Assembly (NCBI GenBank): GCA_951406725.2
Contig: OX597814.1
Location: 211,606,001 to 211,670,000 of the forward strand
Reading direction: 5' to 3'
Source: Octopus vulgaris
Lineage: Eukaryota
Length of the DNA: 64,000 nucleotides
Positions 1 through 13,274 of this stretch are shown piece by piece. The notes under the pieces are model-generated. The model was not told the DNA's origin and did no database searches. It worked only from the letters and a program-made list of their open reading frames with translations. The position numbers and the translations under genes were made by a program. Every line of letters begins with the position of its first letter. The stretch's first letter is position 1.

Positions 1-2701
1 TAGAATTCGAGAGCAAATACGATGAACGTGTAGATGACGGGGAATTACAAATTAGAACCGACATTATTGAAATTCTCAGTGACAGTTTGATTTAAAGAAT
101 TAAAATAAACTACAACATAATCGTGCTAGAGGCAATGATTACTAATGTTTAGTAATGAATAAACATAAATTCTATCTTTGAAGAAAATTCTGAATAAAAT
201 AAAATATATTTAATTCAACAAAGTTACTACTGAATGCAAAAGAAATATGAAAAATGTATAGATTCGCTATTTGTAATATATATATTTTTGCTTGTGTGCG
301 TGCCTGCGTGTGAAAGACTATGTTGATATATGTGAATATGTGTGTATATGTATGTACGTGTGTGTGTTTATATATGTATATGCAGGTACATACATGTGTG
401 TATATATATATGCGTGTGTATGTGTGTGTATATGTACGTGGGGGTGCGTATGTACCTGGTGTGAAATAATGGACACTGGGAAAGGCTGTAACATCAAGAA
501 AAGAAATCGCATTAACCTCACTTGATTCGAATATTGTTTACTTTACAAGTACCTTTGTGTTCGCGAATACTGAATAAAGAGAATTTTATAAAGCTAGGAA
601 TAATGGAATAAATGCTGTGTCAGCTTAGCAAGAGTTTTATGCTGGAAAGTGTTATGTTGCGCAGGAGAATTTTAGCATGATTCCAAAAACTAGACTTGGA
701 AACATATAGAAGGATTGAGTTAAGTATAATACAAGGAAACAAGAAAAAACGAACGAAAAATGCAGAAAGAGGCAGTAAGTAATACAAAAAGAGAAACTAA
801 TAGGAACGTGATTGTTAGGGTGTGTATATTAATCTTTTCATAAATAAATGGGAAAGGAGACAAAAGAATATATTTATGTAGCAGATAATATTGGAAAATA
901 GTAAGTGTGTAAGAGAAAATAATAAGAGAGCTATTGAGCAAGCATGGGCGTCAATATTAAGAAAACAGAAGACAAGAAGAGTTCATTTCTATGCTTTTAT
1001 AAATACACACACAAACCTTTATTTATTCATATATATATATGTGTGTGTGTCTGTGTGTGTGTGCGTTTTGTGTGTGTGTGTGTGTGTGTGTGGAACTGAA
1101 CACACTGGACATGCATGGGTTTATATGTTTGAGTAAGCATGCATATATATTTTGTATGTATATGTGTGTATGTGTATGCGCATACGTCTGTGTCCCTATA
1201 TTCTTATATTCCCATTTCAACACCTCTTTTTTTTTACTATCATATTTAACATTTTTGGATATAGAGAAAGTCTCTCCACTACGATTTGTTACAAAGAAAC
1301 TGTAGTGTGTAAAATATTCAGACTGTATTTTTTTATGAATTTTCGGTAGATCTGTGTCTGATTATTACTTATACTTACGAAATTTTTTTTTAAATGTAAG
1401 ACGACAATATATTAAATTCAGATGAACGTATGCAGTGCAGCTAAATTATGTGTTAGCAACTCACAATTTATTCAAACAATAAGTTTGATTTACAATATAT
1501 GATTAAGTTTGTTACGCAATACGAAAGATTTTGGTCACAATGCGGAAGCCAGTAAGGAAAGAGTTAGTGAGGTGTTAAGGATTAATGAAAATATAAATAT
1601 CAGAATATATTTGTAGCATTATTTGAATTAGAATCTTAGCAAATATATAGGTCAAATATCAACATGAACTTTGTTGCCTTTATTCTGCGTGCCATTTTTT
1701 CACAAATGCTCACTTTTTCTTTATTCTTTTTTTGGTAAACATACATCCCTATGTAGCCTTGTTTTATTTATAATTTCTATCATAGCAACTGAATGGGATG
1801 CATAATGTTATTTATGCCTATATCGGTGGAATGTACAAAAGGTTGTGTTTCTGTATGTGATAACATGAAGGATATATTGAGACAGTTTCTGTTACTTTAC
1901 ACGAGCTGTTGACCAACACAAAGTAAGACGATTGTCAGTCGTTGGTCATATTGGATATACTAAATAGATCCAGTAAGTGGTAGGTGTTATAGTGTTTGAT
2001 TGATGCAACTATGATTTTCATCTTCAAAGGTTTAATCCCAATATAAATAATTACCCATTTATATAAGTACAGTTTATACTACCATTAACATGTCTGGATG
2101 CTCAACGAATGATAGTTAGTGTTGTATTTAGTTATAGGTTCAGTCTTTGATTGCCGGTAGTTGAATGGGAGTTACGTGCGAAGATCATGCTTTACAAGTA
2201 CATTTTCCTTTATTTTTAACGCGGTAGAACAATGTTGCGGCTTCTATCTCTTAACCATACAAGCATATTAGAGAAACTGTAGAGCATTTATTATAAAGTA
2301 ATGGTGTTTTAGGAGCCACTTATAATGCCCGTGCACTGCACATTATGAAGGAGAAAAGAGATAACAGGTATTAAGAAAAGAACTAACACGACATATATAC
2401 CGTAAACAATTTTTTTCTATGCCATAATACATAGGTAGCATAGGACAGCGACTGGTAAGTAAATAAAATAAAGGGAGTATAGGAAATTGAAAAAACGTCT
2501 GCTAAAATTAAATAGGAGATAAGAAACTTATAGTCATATATAAAGAAATTATGAAAACTACAAAATCAAAAAGACCATGGAATGTTATAAAAAAGAATTA
2601 ACATGAAAATAAAGAGAAGTGATTCGTTTACGAGTCAGGCATTTAGAAGTAATAGAAGCAACGCATAAAGGAAAAAGAGGTAGTGAGGTAGGGGAGGTGA
2701 G

Positions 2702-2733
<32 letters not shown>

Positions 2734-3216
2734 TAAGAGAAAGAGAAAGTGAGAGAAATAGAAGAGTGTTTGTTAGAAAGTTTGATAGGTACAAAGACAT
2801 GATCAATGAAATAGAGTTAAGCGAGTAATTAGAATAGAAATATATGGAAGAGCAACTTGCTGTCAATAAAGAAGGGTGGGGGTGAAATATGGACAAGCCA
2901 TACTGAAATAAGTGAAAGAAGCAAAGGAAATTAAGGATGCATATTATATGCATAGCAGAAGTAATAAAACAGATATAGGTGAAATGTGTATATGTGTGTG
3001 TTTGTATCTGTGCGTGCTTGTATATCTGTGCATGTATAATGTGATAGCCTACATTTTAGATAAACGTTTAATTCGAAATTCTTTTCAATAATATTTTTGT
3101 TAATATATGTCAGATGAAATTACAAGGTTTCAAGTGTGAATTTCTCTAAAATAAAAATTCCTGTTATCTCAACTTCAAACTTGTGAAACAGTTTAATATA
3201 AACCAAGTATCTAGCT

Positions 3217-3609
3217 GGTGGCTGTGTGGTAAGTAGCTTGCTAACCAACCACATGGTTCTGGGTTCAGTCCCACTGCGTGGCATCTTGGGCAAGTGTCTT
3301 CTGCTATAGCCCCGGGCCGACCAATGCCTTGTGAGTGGATTTGGTAGACGGAAACTGAAAGAAGCCTGTCGTATATATGTATATATGTATATATGTATGT
3401 GTGTGTGTTTGTGTGTCTGTGTTTGTTCGCCTAGCATTGCTTGACAACCATTGCTGGTGTGTTTACGTCCCCGTCACCTAGCGGTTCGGCAAAAAGAGAC
3501 CGATAGAATAAGTACTGGGCTTACAAAAAGAATAAGTCCCGGGGTCGAGTTGCTCGACTAAAGGCGGCGCTCCAGCATGGCCGCAGTCAAATGACTGAAA
3601 CAAGTAAAA
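3217..3609 (+). mobile_element. tRNA-derived SINE, family A (internal TA/TG microsatellite)
   Basis: Head TGGCTGTGTGGTAAGTAGC...GGTTCAGTCCC with A/B-box-like motifs, internal microsatellite, tail ...CAGTCAAATGACTGAAACAAGTAAAA; near-identical to copies at 12113 and 31945. Confidence 0.85.
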
Positions 3610-3894
3610 TTTAAAAAATATATATATTAGAATATTTTAAAAACTAGAACTTTAGAAATTTGAACACTAAAACTATACGCATTTCAGAAAAAGTAAGGTA
3701 AATGCTATGTTATTTTGGAAAGAAAAACAAACCCCATATTATGAGAGTAGACTCATAATATTACATACATACGTTTCTATTTATCTATCTATAATTACAT
3801 ACATACGTTTTTATTTATCTATCATTACATACATACGTGTCTATCTATCAAACTATTTATCTATCTATAATGAGAATAATAATATTTTCTACTA

Positions 3895-4050
3895 AAAGCA
3901 CGGCCTGAAATTTTGCAGGGTGTGGGATAGCCGATATCATCGACCCCAGTGTGTAACGGGTACTTATTTCATCTACTCCAAAAGGATGAAAGGTAAAGTC
4001 GATCGCGGAGGAATCTGAAAACTGAACATAATGGAGGACAAAATGCCGCT
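3895..4050 (-). mobile_element. degenerate SINE family B fragment
   Basis: ATCGACCCCAGT...GGATGAAAGGTAAAGTCGA matches the reverse complement of the 4951-5181 copy. Confidence 0.65.
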
Positions 4051-4120
4051 AATGATGATGATGTTGATGATGATAATAATAATAATGATAATAATAATGA
4101 TAATAATAATAATAATGATG

Positions 4121-4194
<74 letters not shown>

Positions 4195-4196
4195 TC

Positions 4197-4932
4197 AAGT
4201 GATTTAAAACCGGAAACGGAAGCTCTAATCTGTGCTGCCCAAGAGCAAGCACTAAGAATAAACTACATAAAATACAGAATAGGCTGCACATCAGAAAGTG
4301 ATAAGTGCAGAATCTGTGGACAAAAAGGTGAAACCGTATCGCAAATTACCTGCCAATGAACGCCAATAGCCCAGAAGGAATATAATAGACGCCCAGAGAA
4401 TATAGCCAGGCTTGTCAATTGGACACTTTGCAAAAAGTATGGACATGACAGAGCAAAGATTTGGTACGACCATAAACCTGAAGCCATTGTGGAAAATAGA
4501 AATGCAAAGATCTTATTGGATTTTATGATTCAGTGCGACCATGACATTGAAAATTGGAAGCTGGTCATAGTCTGAATTGAGAAACAAAACAAACTATGCT
4601 GGATTATAGATATACCATGCCCAGCTGAAAACAAGGTATGCGATAAGGAAGAAAGAATTGTCAAGATATATGACAGGTTAGCTTGGGAAGTTAAGCAGTT
4701 GTGGTCGATGAAAAAGCTGGTATTAGTGCCATTAATTGCCGGAGCCCTGGGAACGGTTAGTAAAAATCTTGAGAAGTACGTGGAACAAATAGGGGCTGCA
4801 ATAAGGATGGAGCACTTGCAGAAAACAGGATTGCTTGGAACCGCTCGAATACTCCGGAAGCAGCTCGAAAATAAGAGGTCTTACCTTAGTTCACTGGTAG
4901 TGAACAGCTGACACTGTAGTACAGCTGTGCAA
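4197..4932 (+). pseudogene. 5'-truncated R4/Dong-like RLE non-LTR retrotransposon, copy 1 (decayed)
   Basis: Translates with stops and frameshifts to ETEALICAAQEQAL, KCRICGQKGETV, ILLDF, WIIDIPCP, VPLIAGALG, LLGTARILRK (CCHC + RLE region); begins right after (TAA)n. Confidence 0.85.
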
Positions 4933-4950
4933 AGGTAATAAATAGTAACA

Positions 4951-5181
4951 GGGGGCGAGCTGGCAGAACCGTTAGCACCCAGGGCGAAATGCGCAGCCGT
5001 ATTTCCTCTGTCGTTACGTTCTGAGTTCAAATTCCGCCGAGGTCGACTTTGCCTTTCATCCTTTCGGGGTCGATAAATTAAAGTACCAGTTACGCACTGG
5101 GGTCGATGAAATCGACTTAATCCGTTTGTCTGTCCTTGTTTGTCTCCTCTGTTTTTAGCCCCTTGTGGGTAGTAAAGAAAT
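4951..5181 (+). mobile_element. tRNA-derived SINE family B, full length, 16-bp TSD
   Basis: Head GGCGAGCTGGCAGAACCGTTAGC...GAGTTCAAATTCCGCC; AGGTAATAAATAGTAA at 4933-4948 and 5182-5197. Confidence 0.9.
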
Positions 5182-5208
5182 AGGTAATAAATAGTAATAA
5201 TAATGATG

Positions 5209-5257
<49 letters not shown>

Positions 5258-5267
5258 CAATAATAAT

Positions 5268-6022
5268 AACAGAGGGATTTTTTAATTGCAGCACAAGACC
5301 AAAGCCTCCCCACCAGAAATTACCAAAAACATATAATGAAAAGAAATATAACAAGTAACTGCAGAATATGTAGAGATGGACAAGAAACAATAAATCATAT
5401 TATCTCTGGTTGCCCAGTCCTGGCTAAGAAGGAATATATTCAGAAACACGACTGAGTTGGGGCCTTCATACACTGGAAGCTATTCCAACATTATGGAATA
5501 ACAACAGAAAAAAGATGGTATAGACACACCCCAGAAAAGGTAACAGAAAACGAGAAAGCAACCATACTCTGGGATATGCCAATACACACAGATAGAGAAA
5601 TTAAGTCCAACAGACCAGATATAGTTGTCATAGATCATGAAGGAAAAAATGCTTTCTAATTGATGTATCAATACCGCCAGATGACAACATGTCTCTAAAA
5701 GAAATGGAGAAACTTTCAAGATACAAAGACCTGGAAAGAGAGGTAACTAGAATGTGGAATCTGAAAACAGAAACAATTCCTATCATAGTAGGTGCATTAG
5801 GCTTGATAAAAAGATATTCAGACAAATACATAACAAAAACACCATGACTTACAAGTACATATAACATACAGAAAATTGCACTACTAGGCACTGCCCACAT
5901 CCTACGCAAAACACTTTCAATACAGTAACCATCAGAGCATGACAACAAAACACAGCACAAACCCAAGGCACACAGAGCTGCGCTCGGTAGTGAACAGAAA
6001 GCACGCTATAAAAATAAAACTA

Positions 6023-6025
<3 letters not shown>
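5268..6025 (+). pseudogene. 5'-truncated R4/Dong-like RLE retrotransposon, copy 2
   Basis: EGFLIAAQDQSL, CRICRDGQETINHIISGCP, KHD, ILWDMPIHTDREIKSNRPDIVV, LIDVSIP, RYKDL, PIIVGALG; stops present; flanked by (TAA)n. Confidence 0.9.
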
Positions 6026-6092
<67 letters not shown>

Positions 6093-6094
<2 letters not shown>

Positions 6095-7232
6095 TGGATG
6101 CTAAAGCTCGTGGAAAATCACGAGAGACGAAAGAAGCTTCATTCTATCATAAAGGAAAGCAAAAAATTTGCTATTGATCTCGTGCAGGTTACCCAAACTG
6201 AACAACCCGAGGGAAGTACGGCAACTATTGTTGCAAAGAAGGTGAAAATGATGGCAATGAAAAAAGCGCACGAGCAATTGGCTGATAGGTGAGAGGAGAA
6301 ACCTCTGCACGGCAAATATGTGACCCGCAGCAAACAAGCTGATGTTGACCAGAAGCAAACCCATCAGTGGCTACGGAGCTCAGGGCTAAAAGCAGAGAGC
6401 GAAGGTTTCATCCTGGCTGCTCAAGATCAAAGCCTATTAACCCGGAACTACCAGGCCAATGTGATGAAAAATGGAGCAGACCCAAAATGCCGATTCTGCA
6501 ACGACATGATTGAAACAGTGGACCACCTAATCTCTGGATGTAAAGTCTTAGCACCAGTGGAGTATAAATTAAGACATGACAGAGTTGGCCAATATCTCCA
6601 CTGGCTAATAAGTCGGCATTACAATATCAAAACTGCCGACAAGTGGTATAATCACCACCCTGAGGCTGTAACTGAAGGAGAAAATGTAACCATTCTGTGG
6701 GACTTTCCAGTACATACAGACCGAACCATCAAGGCCAATAAACCAGATATTGTTGTGAAAGACCAAAACAATAAAGTTTGCTTATTGATCGACATGAGCA
6801 TCCCCTGTGATCATAATATCTCAGCGAAAGAGATTGACAAGCTCAGAAAATATAAAGACCTACTCATTGAAATTGAGAAAATGTGGCATCTCAAGGCGGT
6901 TACAATACCAGTGATCGTAGGAGCACTAGGAATGATCAAGAAGGGAACAGAAAATTATATGAGAATGATCCCTGGCTTACCATCCCTGCAAGAAGTGCAA
7001 AAGATTGTCTTAACTGGTACATCACACGTATTGAGAAGAGCATTGTCGATGTGAGAACTGTTGCTGGTCATGTATTTTAATTTAACTTAAAAAAAATAAA
7101 AATAATAAAAAATGAACGAACTACTTAGTTTGGTTTAATGGCCTACCAATATATACTATGAGTTTCTTTGCCCTAGGAGTCGGGAAGACACTCGGCAAGA
7201 AATGGAAGCAAATTTCAAAGAAGAAAAAAAAA
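6093..7232 (+). mobile_element. 5'-truncated R4/Dong-like RLE retrotransposon, copy 3 (least decayed)
   Basis: Frame open from the TAA array with a single TGA at 6290-6292; about 180-bp 3'UTR ending in an A-run followed by (TAA)n. Confidence 0.9.
6320..7054 (+). CDS. C-terminal RT-thumb/zinc-knuckle/restriction-like endonuclease fragment of an R4/Dong-like LINE (244 aa)
   Basis: CRFC..ETVDHLISGC (CCHC), RHD, KPDIVV..LIDMSIP (PD..D), K..KYKDL, IPVIVGALG. Confidence 0.9.
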   Translation: MTRSKQADVDQKQTHQWLRSSGLKAESEGFILAAQDQSLLTRNYQANVMKNGADPKCRFCNDMIETVDHLISGCKVLAPVEYKLRHDRVGQYLHWLISRHYNIKTADKWYNHHPEAVTEGENVTILWDFPVHTDRTIKANKPDIVVKDQNNKVCLLIDMSIPCDHNISAKEIDKLRKYKDLLIEIEKMWHLKAVTIPVIVGALGMIKKGTENYMRMIPGLPSLQEVQKIVLTGTSHVLRRALSM

Positions 7233-7290
<58 letters not shown>

Positions 7291-7499
7291 TGATGATGAT
7301 GATAACAATAATAATAGTAATAATAACAACAGCATCAATAACTACAACAGTAATCCTTCTTGCTATAGACACAAGGGCTGAATTTTGCGGAGGAGGATAG
7401 AGGATTTCATCGACCTCAGTACACTACTGGTACTTAGGTGATCGCCTCCGAAGAGATAAAAGACCGTATCGACTGTGGCGGGACATAATGAAGGCTGAA

Positions 7500-8280
7500 A
7501 TGTCGTGAAGACTTTTGTCTTGCACAGGATGAAAAACAAACTAAAATTATACTGAAACCCGCCAAAGCGAATGATAAAGCAGAAAACTGGTTATTTGCAA
7601 GACGAGGAAGAAACAACGGCCCAAAATAGCTCGGACTGAGCAGTCTTAATCAACAAATAATGCATCCACATGCATGCCAAGATGTGGAATTACTTACACA
7701 GGACTTTGTTGTTGTTGACCCCCTTCGGTCACGACACTGACCATGGGATTGCACCTAGAAGGTTACCCTCCTAGTCACAAGTCCGGGCAAGGTGGTTTAT
7801 GGAAGACCAGTAGTCGCCCATGCATACCGGCCTCCCCTCTCCATGCCACCAGTGTTATCCAAGGGAAAGACAAAGGTCGATACAGCTTGGCACCTCTGAC
7901 GTCGCAACTCATTTCTACAGCTGAGTGAACTGGAGCAACGTGAAATAAAGTGTATTGCTCAAGAACACAACACGCCGCCCGGTCTGGGATTCGAGCTCAC
8001 AACCTCACGATCGTAAGCTCGACGCTTTAACCATTGAGCCATGCGCCTTCACAGAAATGAAGGCAGAAAGAAACACACAGGACTTTATAATCAGCATTAT
8101 GGAATAATAGCGGAATATAGATGATATAAAGATAAACCAGGAAAAGTGCCCGAGGATGGCAAAGCAGCAGTTTCCTGGGATATGCTAATACATACAAAGA
8201 GGTATATCATGGCATAACAACATAATATCGTTGGTAAGGACCATGTGAATAGAAAAGTCTTTTAATACATATTGGAGTAG
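7500..8280 (+). pseudogene. highly decayed fourth R4/Dong-like fragment interrupted by a SINE
   Basis: Joining across the SINE TSD gives YLHRTL..QHYGI...KPGKVPEDGKAAVSWDMLIHTKR, homologous to copies 2 and 3. Confidence 0.6.
7708..8050 (-). mobile_element. tRNA-derived SINE family C (CORE-like central domain, (CAA)n tail), 12-bp TSD
   Basis: Minus strand GGCGCATGGCTCAATGGTTAAAGCG...GCTCGAATCCC, then GTGTTCTTGAGCAATACACTT; ACACAGGACTTT at 7696-7707 and 8075-8086. Confidence 0.85.
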
Positions 8281-8384
8281 AAGGTAGGAAGGGATGAAGT
8301 AGAATGTAAAAATATTGATAATAATGGTTTTCATATTGATGTAGTTGAAAAAATATTATTTTAGGACTAGTGGAAAACTGTTAC

Positions 8385-8463
<79 letters not shown>

Positions 8464-8472
8464 TATATATAT

Positions 8473-8760
8473 AGGGACAATTCAGAATAATACAAAAGAC
8501 GAAGACAGGTGGTGTAGACAACAAGCAGATATATTAGTTTAATTCTCGGGAAGCGAAAGAGTCTTTAACGTTTCGAGCCTACGCTCCTCCACAGAAATGA
8601 AGGCAGAAAGAAACACAGAAAGGAACAAGGAAGCAAAATAAAGAATGTGTAGTGGCTAGCGATCAATCATGGCGAATGCCGGACAGAGGGGTCACACAGG
8701 TGAGCTAGGAAGAAGGGGAGATAAATAAAGTAGCGGTGATCCCGAAACGAAGGTGCGCGT
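8473..8760 (-). repeat. short interspersed repeat family H1 carrying a hammerhead-like motif (8563-8598)
   Basis: Homologous to 43150-43348 and 58055-58237; adjacent to (TA)n. Confidence 0.7.
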
Positions 8761-8794
8761 GCGTGGTGGTGGTGGTGTCGGTAGTAGCAGCAGC

Positions 8795-8859
<65 letters not shown>

Positions 8860-9102
8860 TAGTAATGGTAGTAGTAGTAGCAGTAGTAATGGTAGTAGGA
8901 GTAGGGGGAGGAGGAGGAGGAGAGGAATTGGTGTAGGAGGAAAAAGAACAAGAGTAGCGTAACGATGATAATTCTTTCTGCCAAAGGAAGAAGGCCTGAA
9001 ATTTTGGGGTAGAACGTACGTAGGCTCGGGGGCGCGAAATACCGCTAAGCATTTCCGCTAAAGTGCAAACGATTCTACCAGCTCACCGCCTTATGTACGG
9101 TA

Positions 9103-9412
<310 letters not shown>

Positions 9413-11190
9413 ATTCTTTCATTTATTGGCCACCAGGGCTGACATATAGGTGATAGACGAGGACATTGGGGATTTTAAACGAAACAACGAGAACGCAATT
9501 AAAACAATAACATTAATATCAAACAAGAACAATATAACAATGAAAGTTCCCCACCTGGAATTGTCTCACGTACCCCATCAGTCCTTCGAAGTCCTCTAGG
9601 AAGGGCAACTCTCTCTCTCTCAAAATCACTACCTACAGGCTCATTATTCGTGCAGGTCCACTCACACGGGCTATTTTCGCTACATTCACCCCCGTTCAAG
9701 CAAATATACTGGGTGACTGCACTTCTCTTCCCACCGTCATTTTCCTTTCCAAGTAAGATTTGAAAAAGTTCATAAGAGATTGGCTGAAGATAAAAGTGTT
9801 TGTCTGCAGTACTTTCAAACTGGTTCACCATCAAACCTCTTTCGCTACTGCTATCAGACAGATGAAAATTGACTGCCCTTCCAGACCAATGGAAGGCGGT
9901 GGATCGATCTTCACTATGGAATCGGCCAATAGCTGGATCCGTCCTACACGTGATAACAGCTGTTCAGCATAACTCCACAAGTAAGTGATGCACGGACATT
10001 GGACGAGTACGTGAAGAACAGTTTCGTCACTCCGCGTGCATCTCAGGCCGATCTGTCTGATAGCATTCCGTGCCTGTAGGGATTATATCGAACAGGCAGC
10101 GCCCATCGGTATCACTGCCAAGTTAGGGACTGCTGGAAGTTGTCCAACATTCCCAGCACGGAAGTCCTCCTGAACAGATTGGTCAGTCCGACTTCATCGA
10201 CGCCTAGCACCCCTCCGAGTGCTTCATCGTTCTTTCTCTCCACTAACCTTCTATAGAACTTCGAGGCTCGATATTCCAACTGATCGCATTCCAGTCACCC
10301 TGCCTCGGTCTCTTCTTCACTCAGGACTGCAGCTCAGGGAAGGAGACGAGCTGGGTAAAAGACAGCCTGACAAACAGCAACCACACTTGTTCACACTGAG
10401 ACAAAATATCTGGAGATGCAGCAGCCTCAGCACATTTCTGCGTATCATTAGGCACGGCATGAACAGCCCTTCGCGTAGAGGGTGTTGGCAGCAGTTGGAC
10501 CACATCCCCAATGGAACCTGTCCCCTTCACAAGAATTTGAAGAGGACGCGCTTCAAAACTCGCAAATGACTAGTTTCTCCACAAACGAAAAAATGCGGTC
10601 TTTTATTGTCAGTCATTATGTGTATCATATTCTGTTCTGGTGACGGATGTGGTCCGGGATATTATTTTTTGGGGGGGCTTGAACTCGATAATTATCTACT
10701 GTTCAACCCCGGAGCAGTCCTCCCTGGCACTTCCTGTCACCTCTATCAGGAAGGTATCCGTCCCTTCCACAATTACGCATCTCAGAAGTCACTACATATC
10801 AAGTCCTGGTGGGATCCTAGGAATGCGGACATGTGCTGTACGTTTCCCCACGTGGAAAGAGTACATAACGAATTTGCTGGTTTTGCAAGGGGTCATTGAA
10901 AGTTTCATAGCGAGGGCTTCCCACCTAAACACAGCACCGAAATGGTGCCATATTATTTGTACGCTGTGTCATCTCTGATGCACCTTAGCGCCGCTTCAAA
11001 ATCTACTTGAGCTAATAAAACCGTTCTTTTTGTCTCTGCTGAGATGCATCTGAAAAGTACCGTTCTTTTCTCCACTGCTTCAATTGCCTCTAAAGGAACA
11101 TTTAAGTTGGCCCAGCCTTCTTTTCTGTCCTGTAAGAATCTTCAAACAATGGTTAAGTATTTCATCCACGAGAGATCAATGCTAGATGCG
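9413..11190 (-). pseudogene. decayed, internally deleted Tx1/L1-clade LINE
   Basis: Minus-strand translation LKRVLFKFL*RG..CCQHPLREGLFMP, LDNFQQSLTW, DETVLHVLVQCP (zf-RVT-like), LIAVAKEV*W; many stops; 3' end abuts (TTA)n; 5' limit uncertain. Confidence 0.75.
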
Positions 11191-11252
11191 TCGAAACAAT
11201 TGTGATTAATAAAGCTTCTCATAACTTGTATATATATATATATATATATGCC

Positions 11253-11349
<97 letters not shown>

Positions 11350-11359
11350 GTATGTATGT

Positions 11360-11575
11360 AAAGTTAATCCAAATAAGAAAGCACAAAAAAACACAGCAAC
11401 GCGAGGACGTGGAACAAATATAGTATTATTGAACGCTCAGGAAAGAAGAAAAGAAGGAGGGTTTAACGTTTCGAGCGGAGCTCTTCGTCGAAAACATAGG
11501 AGAAGGAAAGATCCAGAGAAGAGAAGACAGAGGGAAAAAAATAGCCAACGGTACACACGCGGTCACATTTTGAAT
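11360..11575 (-). repeat. short repeat family H2 with a hammerhead-like motif (11461-11495)
   Basis: Homologous to 57737-57935; bracketed by TA/TG microsatellites. Confidence 0.7.
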
Positions 11576-11587
11576 CATGTATGTATG

Positions 11588-11662
<75 letters not shown>

Positions 11663-12112
11663 ATGTGTGTGTGTGTGTGTAGATAGGTAGATAGATAGGT
11701 AGAGAGATAGATAGATAGATAGATAGATAGATAGGAGAGGAGGACGTGGGAAGGGAATGACAAAGAATATATGATGTATGATGTGTAAGATACAGCCATA
11801 TTCGAAATAGTATATTGTTTCAATTTTGCTTGTATTCTTGCTGATGTAATGATTTTTAAAATGAGAGAGTTTGTATATACAACAAATAACAATGAGAGTA
11901 ATAGAGGCTTAAAAGAGAAAATTGTGTGTCCTATTGTTTATAGATAAACCATAGGAAGAAATGAGGGAGGTAGAGAGAGGAGGTGGAGGATCAGTGAAAA
12001 TCATTCATTCAGGGATATATAAGGAAGATACTTAGCGAGATAGATAGAGAGAGAGGGGGCATGGGAGAATGTGAGATGGACAATTATGGTTTTTATAAAT
12101 TGAATATGAGTA

Positions 12113-12283
12113 GGCGCAGGAGCGGCTGTGTGGTAAGTAGCTTGCTAACCAACCACATGGTTCCGGGTTCAGTCCCACTGCGTGGCATCTTGGGCAAGTG
12201 TCTTCTGCTATAGCCCCGGGCCAACCAATGCCTTGTGAGTGGATTTGGTAGACGGAAACTGAAAGAAGCCTGTCGTATATATG

Positions 12284-12353
<70 letters not shown>

Positions 12354-12555
12354 TTTGTTTGTCCCCCTAGCATTGCCTGACAACCGATGCTGGTGTGTTT
12401 ACGTCCCCGTCACTCAGCGGTTCGGCAAAAGAGACCGATAGAATAAGTACTGGGCTTACAAAAATAAGTCCCGGGGTCGATTTGCTCGACTAAAGGCGGT
12501 GCTCCAGCATGGGCGCAGTCAAATGACTGAAACAAGTAAAAGAGTAAAAGAGTAA
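12113..12555 (+). mobile_element. SINE family A, full length
   Basis: Starts GGCGCAGGAGCGGCTGTGTGGTAAG; (TA)(TG) core; (GAGTAAAA)n tail. Confidence 0.9.
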
Positions 12556-13129
12556 GGAGGAATCAGTATAAGGCAGCATGAAATGGAAGGAAAGATGAGA
12601 GCACTGCGCGTTAGAAAGAATGAGTAGATATAATGAAAGTTTGAATTGTGTCAGAAAACGAAAGTGAAAGTATTAGAAAGCGAGTTACATGTAGAAAGAT
12701 ATAGAGGAAGCAGGGGAAGCATGTTGAGTTATGATAGAATTATGTTAGAAAAAATGAGAATAGTTGGGAGCATGCCTTAGTGAAAAGTGAGTGAGTGAGT
12801 GAGTGAGTTAATGAATGAGTGGGTGAGTAAGTAAGTGAGTGAGTGAGTGAGTGAGTGATAGAGACACATACACACAGAGAAGAGAAAAAGAATTGGAGGA
12901 GAAAATAAAAGATATATGAAATGCAATCAAGGAGAAAAAAAATGAAGAAAGAGTGTAGTGCATGAGAGAGTGCGAAAGATACTGTGCCAGTTAATGAAAT
13001 ATGAGTGAGTGACTGCCTAAGATAAAGAGACTAAACTGGGGAAGTTAAGATCATTTTGAATGATGAAGAATGAGAGATGGAAGAACGATTTATTTTAGGG
13101 AATGAGCAAGTGACGAAACTAAGAGAGCT

Positions 13130-13243
13130 ACAGAGAGAGCCAGACAGAGGGAGAGAGAAAGAGAGGGGGAGAGAAAGAGAAGGAGAAAGAGAGAGAAAGA
13201 CAAACTCGGAGAAAGATAAATAGAGGCAAAGAGTGAGAGAGAA

Positions 13244-13274
<31 letters not shown>

